This document shows, one piece after another, positions 36,802 through 44,016 of a stretch of DNA of 50,180 bases. The position numbers and the translations under genes were made by a program. This DNA is from a virus. Its lineage: Duplodnaviria > Caudoviricetes. The notes below the pieces were generated by a model. The model ran no database searches and was not told the origin of the DNA. It saw only the letters and a program-made list of their open reading frames with translations. The stretch spans positions 1-50,180 of IMG/VR virus record IMGVR_UViG_3300012899_000001. One strand, given 5' to 3'. Positions within the stretch are counted from its first letter, which is position 1. Every line of letters begins with the position of its first letter.

Positions 36802-37133
36802 GGCTTCTCCTTGGTCATGGCTGCGTCGATGGCGTCATCGAGCGAGACACCGGTCATCGAATTTGTGAACGTGCTGTCGCCGGAGAAAATCTTTCCGCTT
36901 CCCGGCGGACCGAACTCGACGATGCGAGTTCCGATCACTTGCCACTGATGGTCCGGCTGCTTGCTGCGCAGCCACCGATACCGCCCCGCATCCTTCCTCG
37001 CCTCCTCCAGCTCAGCAGTGAGGCGGGCGATTTCGGCGTCTTTGGCCCTCAGTGCCTGCAAGCCAGCTTCGATAGAAATGCTGATGTCTCGTGCGAGATC
37101 AGACATGCTTGAGACTCTCGGATCAGTGCTCAT
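36798..37133 (-). CDS. Ead/Ea22-like accessory protein
   Basis: KDAGRYRWLR...LDDAIDAAM motifs. Confidence 0.6.
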   Translation of the reverse strand: MSTDPRVSSMSDLARDISISIEAGLQALRAKDAEIARLTAELEEARKDAGRYRWLRSKQPDHQWQVIGTRIVEFGPPGSGKIFSGDSTFTNSMTGVSLDDAIDAAMTKEKP

Positions 37134-37332
37134 GATCGTCCTTCGAGTTGAGAATCAACCGAGCCCGCACCAGCGTGTACAGGGCGTAGGGCCACGTGAG
37201 GCCGAAGAGGATGGCTGCGGCAACCCCAAACAGAAAAGCACAGCCTGTGAGGGCGCCTTGACGCCACAGGAACGCCGCATACAAGATCGTCGGGATCAGG
37301 TACAGCACGAGGGCGATTGCGAGGTAGTTCAT
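37123..37332 (-). CDS. small 2-TM membrane protein
   Basis: AGGAG RBS; two hydrophobic helices. Confidence 0.55.
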   Translation of the reverse strand: MNYLAIALVLYLIPTILYAAFLWRQGALTGCAFLFGVAAAILFGLTWPYALYTLVRARLILNSKDDHEH

Positions 37333-37637
37333 GAGCGGGGCTCCTGTCCGTCATCGAAGATGTCGTCGAGCATCGAATCGCATGCTTGCGAGATTGGCGG
37401 CCGGTTTTCAGGATCTACGCAGATCAGCAGCAGCTCGTCGTCGTTGAACTTCGCAAGCTCATCCTCGACGGCCTTGACGGCTGCTGACCCATGCTTCGCG
37501 ACCATCGCCGCGACGGCATGGCTGCCCGCTGCTTGATCGTCGCCGGGCGACATGCGCGGGAACATGCCGTTGTCGAAGAAGATCTCGATTGCGCAGTGCT
37601 TGAGCTTCGGGTACGGGTAGGCGATTGGTGCGCTCAT
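37329..37637 (-). CDS. hypothetical protein
   Basis: Coupled, 102 aa. Confidence 0.5.
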   Translation of the reverse strand: MSAPIAYPYPKLKHCAIEIFFDNGMFPRMSPGDDQAAGSHAVAAMVAKHGSAAVKAVEDELAKFNDDELLLICVDPENRPPISQACDSMLDDIFDDGQEPRS

Positions 37638-37834
37638 TGGGGCCCCTGCTTGGTGGTGGCGATGGCTGCGCGGGCTGCCGCTTCTGTCTTGAAGCGGCTC
37701 GGCCGAGACGAAACGCCGTCTCGCGCTGTGAGGTACTCGCGCCATCCGGTGTTCCAGTGTGAAAGCCGGTAGACGATGAACCGCTCACCGGTCGCTTCTA
37801 CCTTCCACGGCCCCGGCGTGTGCTGCGCGCTCAC
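37634..37834 (-). CDS. HTPGPW-motif phage protein
   Basis: AQHTPGPWKV...ARAAIA. Confidence 0.55.
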   Translation of the reverse strand: MSAQHTPGPWKVEATGERFIVYRLSHWNTGWREYLTARDGVSSRPSRFKTEAAARAAIATTKQGPQ

Positions 37835-38133
37835 GATGCACCGCCCTTCGCGATCGGCGCGCTGTCGATCAGTCGAGCCATCCACGATGCGTACTCGACA
37901 TCTGCCTCAGATGGCTCAAGAGCTTTGACCAGCCATGCTCTGGCGCGCGGTGCAAACTCCGCCCAATCTCCTCGGGCATGCTCATTCTTGTTTCGCATCG
38001 GCCCCAGCTTTGTACAGCACATGCCATAAGTGCAGCCGTCGGAAAACTCCTGCCGAAGTCGCATCATTGCACCATCGACATGGTCGGGCAGACCGACAAA
38101 CGAGTGGTCGTCTCGCATGTAGTAGAGGCTCAC
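37831..38133 (-). CDS. hypothetical protein
   Basis: AAGGAG RBS, coupled. Confidence 0.55.
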   Translation of the reverse strand: MSLYYMRDDHSFVGLPDHVDGAMMRLRQEFSDGCTYGMCCTKLGPMRNKNEHARGDWAEFAPRARAWLVKALEPSEADVEYASWMARLIDSAPIAKGGAS

Positions 38134-39098
38134 GATGCTTTCTCCTTCGACTTCGCGAGGATGGCGCGGGCGAAAGCATTCATGTCCGCACTGAACAGCG
38201 CTAGTGCCCCACCAAGCGGCCCCCCGGCGATACGCTTTCCGTTGAATGCAGCAGCAACGCCAGCAATCTCGGCGTCGCTCAGCTCCCGGCGCTCTTCCAC
38301 TTCAGCGGGAGGGGTGGCGATGCCGTGCGTGAAAGTCTTGTCCGTGAACTCGGGACGCGAAATGTGCCCGACGAGGCTGACTCTCGGCTCGGCAGGCGCC
38401 TCGGGCTGCGCAGCGACCAGCCGTTTGAACTCGGCTAGCGGCAGCGTCACCTCGCCTTGTGCTTCCTTCATCTCGCGCGGACGCCAGTCGTGATCCTGAC
38501 GGACCTCGGCGCCGTAGGGCAGCTTGTGCGCAGCGATGGCATCATCCCATCCGCGCCGGTACTCGTCGGGCGCCACGGCAGGCGCTGGCTGGGGCCTTTC
38601 GATGGCGGACAGCACCCGTTCCAGCGCAAGCGACGCGCCGAGGCAATCTTTGTCCTTCAGGGCTTGGTACACCGGGTCGAACAGCGCGCCCCACGCCGCC
38701 ACTGGCACGGCAGGCGCTGGCTGGGGTGCGGCGGCCCCACACCATTCGCACTGGCGCTCGCCGCGCATCCCATGTGGTCCAAACCTGTGGCCGTTCATGT
38801 TCGCCGCGCACTCGTCCTCGAACTCGGCCGGCTCGCTGGGCGCACTGGTGGCGAGGCGCGTAGCTCGCTGAACGCGCTCGACGAAGTCGAATAGGCACGA
38901 AAGCCGATCGACCTTCACGCCGCATTCCTTGGCGACCGCGGTCACCCAAGTTTGCGACAGGTAGTCGAACATCGGCTCGGCCGGCGCACTGGTGGCAGCA
39001 AGAGCTGCGTCGACGATGTCCTCGAGATAGCAGACGCACACAGACGGCAGGATCTCCAGCACGTTCTTGTAGATCCGGTTCCTCAATTCGTTGCTCAT
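38130..39098 (-). CDS. mosaic accessory protein with Ala/Pro linkers
   Basis: MSNELRN start; repeated ATSAP and PQPAPAV linkers; C-terminal FARAIL. Confidence 0.6.
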   Translation of the reverse strand: MSNELRNRIYKNVLEILPSVCVCYLEDIVDAALAATSAPAEPMFDYLSQTWVTAVAKECGVKVDRLSCLFDFVERVQRATRLATSAPSEPAEFEDECAANMNGHRFGPHGMRGERQCEWCGAAAPQPAPAVPVAAWGALFDPVYQALKDKDCLGASLALERVLSAIERPQPAPAVAPDEYRRGWDDAIAAHKLPYGAEVRQDHDWRPREMKEAQGEVTLPLAEFKRLVAAQPEAPAEPRVSLVGHISRPEFTDKTFTHGIATPPAEVEERRELSDAEIAGVAAAFNGKRIAGGPLGGALALFSADMNAFARAILAKSKEKAS

Positions 39099-39346
39099 CA
39101 CTTCATCCCCTTGCGGCACAGCCGCGCGAACTCGCACCGAGAGCATGCCGAGGCGTGCAACTCGCGCGGGAGGTTGAGGCCGATGCGCGCGGCTGCGCGC
39201 TCGACCGAGCTGGCCATGTCGGCCGACATCTGACGACGACCGGAGGCCACTTGGCGCAGCGCGCCGTAGGTGGTCTTGGCCAGCGGCGCAAGCTTCTTCA
39301 GCTCGGCCGGCGTCAGGGCGCTGATGTGTTGCGGTTTGGGTTCCAT
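39098..39346 (-). CDS. Cro-like HTH transcriptional regulator
   Basis: LAPLAKTTYGALRQVASGRRQMS HTH plus C-terminal CxxC; at divergence point. Confidence 0.65.
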   Translation of the reverse strand: MEPKPQHISALTPAELKKLAPLAKTTYGALRQVASGRRQMSADMASSVERAAARIGLNLPRELHASACSRCEFARLCRKGMK

Positions 39347-39353
39347 GCCGACC

Positions 39354-39382
39354 AATGTAGCAGGTGCTGCACTTCACTGCAA
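39354..39382 (-). promoter_or_regulatory. sigma70 promoter, probably leaderless, for the Cro-like gene
   Basis: TTGCAG-17 nt-TACATT ending 7 nt before the ATG. Confidence 0.65.
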
Positions 39383-39430
39383 GTTGTGGTAGGCTGGCGC
39401 CCCGTCGTGAAAAATAGTTTGTCGAACTGC

Positions 39431-39459
39431 TTGCACAAGTCTGTATCACGTGCTACAGT
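39431..39459 (+). promoter_or_regulatory. sigma70 promoter for replication operon
   Basis: TTGCAC-17 nt-TACAGT with TGn extension. Confidence 0.65.
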
Positions 39460-39490
39460 TTTCTCCACGCAAACACAGATGGAGTGCGGC

Positions 39491-39727
39491 ATGTGGCGCT
39501 GGCTGAAGAAGAGGCGGCTGAAAGCCAAGATTCAGAAGCTGCAGCGCCAAGTGCTCGACGAAGACGAGGAGCAGGACAACCTCATCGTCAGCCGGTATGT
39601 TGCGCTGCAGGCAGCGGACGCTCACGCGTATGGCACCTTCAGCGACCTGCTGGTGCACTCCCTCTCGAAGAGGCGCGATCTTCTCACCCGCCACAAGGAT
39701 CTCGTGGCACAACTTGAAAGGCTCTGA
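39491..39727 (+). CDS. hypothetical protein
   Basis: GGAG RBS, first gene after promoter. Confidence 0.55.
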   Translation: MWRWLKKRRLKAKIQKLQRQVLDEDEEQDNLIVSRYVALQAADAHAYGTFSDLLVHSLSKRRDLLTRHKDLVAQLERL

Positions 39728-39732
39728 GCACT

Positions 39733-40239
39733 ATGTCTCTGAAACTCAACGCGACGTTCATCGTTGCTGGCATCACGGTCTACGCCGAGTCCGACTCGGT
39801 CGCCGGCTTGGTCGAATCGATCAAAGGCACGATCGAGGGCCTCGAACCCAAGACCGGCACCGCAGCCAGCACGCCGGCCCCTGCTCCGACGGAGACGAAG
39901 CAGGCAAAAAAGTCTGCTTCGACGGAGAAGCCTGCAGCTTCTTCGCCGCCTGCGGATTCCACGAAGGCGGACTCGGCTGCGTCCGCTCCCACCCCCGCAT
40001 CTCCTTCCCCGGCACCCGCCGCGGCTGAAGTCACCTACGAGAAGTCGGGCCTGGGCGAGAAGATCGCCGCGTACCTGGGCAAGCAGGACAGCGCCGGCTA
40101 CGCCGACCGCCGCGCCAAGCTGGTCGAGCTGCTGAAGAAGTACGAAGTCACCACCGGCAAGAACCTGAAGCCGGCCCAGTTCGAGGGCTTCGCCGTCGAC
40201 CTGGCAGCGCTGGCCGAGCCGGCCGACGACCTGGGCTGA
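39733..40239 (+). CDS. Ala/Pro-rich linker protein of replication module
   Basis: LLKKYEV...LKPAQFE C-terminal domain typical of genes upstream of DUF2800; ends ADDLG. Confidence 0.7.
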   Translation: MSLKLNATFIVAGITVYAESDSVAGLVESIKGTIEGLEPKTGTAASTPAPAPTETKQAKKSASTEKPAASSPPADSTKADSAASAPTPASPSPAPAAAEVTYEKSGLGEKIAAYLGKQDSAGYADRRAKLVELLKKYEVTTGKNLKPAQFEGFAVDLAALAEPADDLG

Positions 40240-40259
40240 TCGCCCGGTCGATGCGAGTC

Positions 40260-40385
40260 AGAGCCCCACGAGGGGCTCTTTGGTGACTTGCTGGCAGGCG
40301 CAAAGCAAGCGTGCGATGCGCCGTTCAGTTCCAGCTGAGCAAGTCGGGTCTGGAAGCCCGAGGATTCCGGCGGGTCACCAAAGAG
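40260..40385 (+). promoter_or_regulatory. hairpin + long-stem RNA element copy 1
   Basis: GAGCCCC-ACGA-GGGGCTC-TTT overlapping a 19-bp stem CTCTTTGGTGAC.../...GTCACCAAAGAG. Confidence 0.65.
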
Positions 40386-40391
40386 GACGAC

Positions 40392-40628
40392 ATGAACGAA
40401 GAAATCAAAAACGGCGTCACGGGCCTCGGCGTGATGGCCATCGTGTTCATCACCGCCAAGCTCATCGGCCTGCTCGACTGGTCGTGGTGGGCGGTGCTGA
40501 TCCCCGTCTACATCGTGCCACTGGCAGTCGCTGCGATCGTCACCGCGATGTTCGTGATCTTCGTTGCCCATCTCGTGTGCATCGCGTGGAACGAAGTCTT
40601 CAACGCAATCAAGGAGCTGAGCGAATGA
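40392..40628 (+). CDS. small membrane protein (KLIGLLDWSWWAVLIP type)
   Basis: GAGG RBS, two TM helices. Confidence 0.7.
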   Translation: MNEEIKNGVTGLGVMAIVFITAKLIGLLDWSWWAVLIPVYIVPLAVAAIVTAMFVIFVAHLVCIAWNEVFNAIKELSE

Positions 40629-40993
40629 AGTTCGACGAAGCAGACAAGACGCCCTGGTTCCCGGGGACCGTGGCGCCGGCGCGCGATGGCGTGTACGAGC
40701 GTCGGTACTACGGCGACGACAACGAAATCGATGCGTCTCGTTTCGCTGACGGACTTTGGTATTGCGGTTGTCGGTCGGCCGACAGCGCGTCGCGCGAGCA
40801 CCTCGTCAGTGGGTACCAGACGAACGATGATGCTGACTGCTTCGAGTGGCGTGGCCTCGCCAGCGATCCGAACGCCGTGACGATCACGCCCGAAATGCAC
40901 GTCGTCGCGCACAACGCCCCCGGCCTCGCGCTCGACAGCGGCGAGTTCATCCCGGCGGCCGACCTGAACATCGACGAGGAGGATCTGTTTTGA
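40625..40993 (+). CDS. hypothetical protein (P.R.GVYERR...WRGLA family), ends EEDLF
   Basis: AAGGAG RBS, ATGA overlap. Confidence 0.65.
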   Translation: MKFDEADKTPWFPGTVAPARDGVYERRYYGDDNEIDASRFADGLWYCGCRSADSASREHLVSGYQTNDDADCFEWRGLASDPNAVTITPEMHVVAHNAPGLALDSGEFIPAADLNIDEEDLF

Positions 40994-41211
40994 GCAAGAT
41001 CAACATCAACGAGCCGGGATGGCCCGTCCAGTACACGATGACCTTCGCGGTCGTCATCAGCATCGGCGACAACACTAAGCAGCACGAGCTCCTCGTGCGC
41101 GACGCGGTGCGCCGGGCGCTGATCGAAGCGCTGCCGCCGGGCACCGGCGTCGGTGAGGTCTGCTCGACGATCGGGTTCACCGACGCGTACAAGAAGGCGG
41201 ACGCCAAGTGA
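40990..41211 (+). CDS. hypothetical protein
   Basis: TTG start after GGAGG; overlaps both neighbours. Confidence 0.5.
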   Translation: MSKININEPGWPVQYTMTFAVVISIGDNTKQHELLVRDAVRRALIEALPPGTGVGEVCSTIGFTDAYKKADAK

Positions 41212-41801
41212 AGCAGACCATCCTCGCCACGTCACTGGCTCAGGCGTTCCACGAGGAGGCGCACGCCAGGCTGTCACCGAGCGGCAGCAAGAAGTGGTTC
41301 GCGTGCCCCGGCAGCCTCACCCTCGAGGAGCCGATCCCGAACACGCCGACGACCTACTCCGACGACGGCACCGCGATGCACGACGTGGCCGCGCAGTGTC
41401 TGATCCATGGCCACGACGCGGACCCGATCATCGGCGACTACATCGTGGTGTCGCTGCCGCAGGAGAAGGAAGTGCGCAAGGTGCGCTTCACCGCGGACAT
41501 GGCCGAGCTGGTGCAGGGCTACGTCGACTCGTGCCGGTTCATGGGCCGCGGCAAGCGCATGTGGGTCGAGCAGCGCGTGAACTTCAGCGAGTTCTGCGGC
41601 GTTGACGACCAGTTCGGCACGGCCGACCTGATCGTGCTGGACGATCTCGGCAACGCGACGTACGAGCTGATCGTCGACGACCTGAAGACCGGGTACACGC
41701 CGGTCGACGTGAAGAAGAACTCGCAACTGATGTGCTACGCCCTCGGCGCGCTGGCCAAGTTGCGTGATGAAGACGGCCAACAGGAAGAGGAGCTGTTCTG
41801 A
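41208..41801 (+). CDS. DUF2800/Cas4-like PD-(D/E)xK exonuclease, N-terminal part
   Basis: HARLSPSGSKKWFACPGS, DGTAMH, VEQRV, FGTAD, DDLKTG, QLMCYALGA. Confidence 0.8.
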   Translation: MKQTILATSLAQAFHEEAHARLSPSGSKKWFACPGSLTLEEPIPNTPTTYSDDGTAMHDVAAQCLIHGHDADPIIGDYIVVSLPQEKEVRKVRFTADMAELVQGYVDSCRFMGRGKRMWVEQRVNFSEFCGVDDQFGTADLIVLDDLGNATYELIVDDLKTGYTPVDVKKNSQLMCYALGALAKLRDEDGQQEEELF

Positions 41802-42679
41802 TGCGCCCCGTCGTTCAATCCAAGCAGGACGCGTTCGAGTGGGCGCGCGAGAAGGGCATCAAGACGATCCGCTTGGTCGTGTACCAGCCGCGCGTCGACG
41901 GCCAGACCGAGTATGTGATGCCGCTCGAGGAACTCGAAGCGTTCGCCACCGAGCTGCGGTCGCGGGCCTGCAGCGTCGAGAACGCGCGCCGTGACTACGG
42001 CGTGGTGCCGATCGAGCAGTGGAACAAGGTGTACCTGAACCAGGCGCCGAACGACGTCGAGTGTGCGTTCTGCCGCGCCAAGCCCACGTGCCCGTCCGCG
42101 AATCGCGTGCTCGAGAACTTCATGATGGAAGGCTTCGACGAGATCATCAGCGGCGAGGCCGTGCCGCCGGCCGACCAGCTGCACGAGACCCTCGACCTGA
42201 TCGACAACCACAACGGCCGCGAGGAGCGCCTGGAGCAGCTCAACAAGCTGATGAAGCTCGCGCCGTTCGTCGACGACATGATCACCGCGGTGCGCGCCGA
42301 GGTCGAGCGTGTGCTGCTCGCCGGCGAGGACATGCCGGACTTCGGCCTGGACACCGGGCGCAAAGGTGTGCGCAAGTTCAAGGACGAAGAGGAGGTCGAA
42401 ACGCTGCTCAACAAGCAGATGCGCATCTCGCGCGACCACATCTACAACTACTCGCTGAAGTCGCCGACGCAGCTCGAGAAGCTGACCGAGCCCGGCAAGG
42501 ACGGCGCGCCGCCGATCCTGGGCGAGACGCGCTGGAAGCGCATCGCCGCGCACGTGACGCAGAACGACCCGAAGCCCACCGTACGGCTGAAGTCGCAGAT
42601 CAAGAAACCCTACGTCGTGGAGAAGCCGTCGAACGACGGGTTCGACGCGATCCCCACCGAAGACGAAGAACTTTTTTGA
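41801..42679 (+). CDS. DUF2800/Cas4-like exonuclease, C-terminal part
   Basis: VYQPR, CAFCRAKPTCP, LKSPTQLEK motifs. Confidence 0.75.
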   Translation: MRPVVQSKQDAFEWAREKGIKTIRLVVYQPRVDGQTEYVMPLEELEAFATELRSRACSVENARRDYGVVPIEQWNKVYLNQAPNDVECAFCRAKPTCPSANRVLENFMMEGFDEIISGEAVPPADQLHETLDLIDNHNGREERLEQLNKLMKLAPFVDDMITAVRAEVERVLLAGEDMPDFGLDTGRKGVRKFKDEEEVETLLNKQMRISRDHIYNYSLKSPTQLEKLTEPGKDGAPPILGETRWKRIAAHVTQNDPKPTVRLKSQIKKPYVVEKPSNDGFDAIPTEDEELF

Positions 42680-42687
42680 GAGGCACC

Positions 42688-43011
42688 ATGAGCACCAATG
42701 ACACCCCCGGTTTCGAGAACACCGTCACGCCCGAGGAGGCCGAGGAGTTCGATCGCATGGCCGCCGAACGGATCGCGAAGTGCAAGCAAATGCGGCTGAC
42801 GCGTGAACAACTTCTGCAACGCGCCCGCGATCTCATCGCTGCGGTGGATGCGTTCAGTTTCGATGTGCACGCGGCGTATGGATTTCCCACACAGTACTCG
42901 AGTGCACACCAAAAACTGGTGCCGTTTCGCTCCAGCTTGGAGGTCGTCCGCACCGCTATCACCAGTGCCGCCGGTAAGCTGGCGATGCTGCCCGAACCCA
43001 ACGAATTCTGA
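42688..43011 (+). CDS. hypothetical protein
   Basis: GAGAGG RBS, 107 aa. Confidence 0.55.
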   Translation: MSTNDTPGFENTVTPEEAEEFDRMAAERIAKCKQMRLTREQLLQRARDLIAAVDAFSFDVHAAYGFPTQYSSAHQKLVPFRSSLEVVRTAITSAAGKLAMLPEPNEF

Positions 43012-43044
43012 TTCCCAACCCCGCAACTGAAAGGAAAGAGAGAA

Positions 43045-43707
43045 ATGGCATTGCAACCCAACCAACTGGTGCTCAAGGACGTGCGCAGCGCGTTTCTGGT
43101 GCTGGAAGATCCCGAGGACTACCAGGGCAACAAGCGCTTCCGCTGGTCGGCGACCGCGCTGATCCCCTACAACGCGCCGGTGCTGAAGGAGATCGAAGCG
43201 AAGATGCGCGCCGTGGCCGAGGCCAAGTGGGGCAAGAAGGGCGCCGCGGTCTACGAGGCGGTGATCTCCGACAAGCAGACCACGTGCATCATCGACGGCA
43301 AGAAGAAGCCCGACTACGACGGCTATGCCGGTCACTTCGCGCTGACCGCGCACCGGCCGCAGAAGCAAGGCCGCCCGCTGGTGCTCGACACCGACCTGTC
43401 GCCGATCATCTTCACCGAGTCGCAACTCACCGAGTACCAGAAGCAGCGCAAGGAAGACCCCGAGCTGCCCGAGGTGGCGCTGAACCAGATGCGCCCCGGC
43501 AAGGCCGGCCGCATCTACGCGGGCTGCCACGTCAACATGAAGATCGGCTTCTGGTGCCAGGACAACGACAACGGCAAGGCCATCCGTGCCGAGCTGCTGA
43601 CGGTCCAGACGCTGAATCGCGGCGACGCGTTCGGCGGCGGTGCCAAGCCGACGGCTGACGACTTCGAGGCCGTCTCCGAAGGCGCGGATGACGACGACCT
43701 GGGCTGA
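43045..43707 (+). CDS. ssDNA-binding protein (DUF2815/gp2.5-like)
   Basis: WSATALIP, IYAGCHVN, GDAFGGG, acidic tail; between DUF2800 and PolA. Confidence 0.85.
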   Translation: MALQPNQLVLKDVRSAFLVLEDPEDYQGNKRFRWSATALIPYNAPVLKEIEAKMRAVAEAKWGKKGAAVYEAVISDKQTTCIIDGKKKPDYDGYAGHFALTAHRPQKQGRPLVLDTDLSPIIFTESQLTEYQKQRKEDPELPEVALNQMRPGKAGRIYAGCHVNMKIGFWCQDNDNGKAIRAELLTVQTLNRGDAFGGGAKPTADDFEAVSEGADDDDLG

Positions 43708-43714
43708 TCAGTCC

Positions 43715-43811
43715 GAGCCCCGCGAGGGGCTCTTTGGTGGGCAGCGGTCACGTGGATTGCTGTAGTCCTGAAGCGTGAGACCTTGCGTCGTTACCGCTGC
43801 CCACCAAAGAG
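43715..43811 (+). promoter_or_regulatory. hairpin + long-stem RNA element copy 2
   Basis: GAGCCCC-GCGA-GGGGCTC-TTT overlapping a perfect 19-bp stem 43730-43748/43793-43811. Confidence 0.7.
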
Positions 43812-43823
43812 AAGGAGATCCCA

Positions 43824-44015
43824 ATGAACAAGTTGGTGCAAGGCCTCATCGCGGTGCTCGCGATCATCCTCAACCTGGGCATGGTCGGAGGGCTTCTGTA
43901 CAGGAGCTGGTATGAGCCGGACGTCTCCGCGTGGATGTCCACGGTGCTGCTGGTCTGGCTCATGTCGAACGTCGCGTTGGCATGGGTCGCGTTCGGACCC
44001 GAAGCCAAGGACTGA
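43824..44015 (+). CDS. small 2-TM membrane protein
   Basis: AAGGAG RBS, 63 aa, hydrophobic. Confidence 0.65.
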   Translation: MNKLVQGLIAVLAIILNLGMVGGLLYRSWYEPDVSAWMSTVLLVWLMSNVALAWVAFGPEAKD

Positions 44016-44016
44016 T

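Noticed and set aside
41208-42679. CRISPR-Cas locus suggested by Cas4-like nuclease
   Set aside because: No regularly spaced repeat-spacer array or other cas genes seen; context is the standard DUF2800-DUF2815-PolA module
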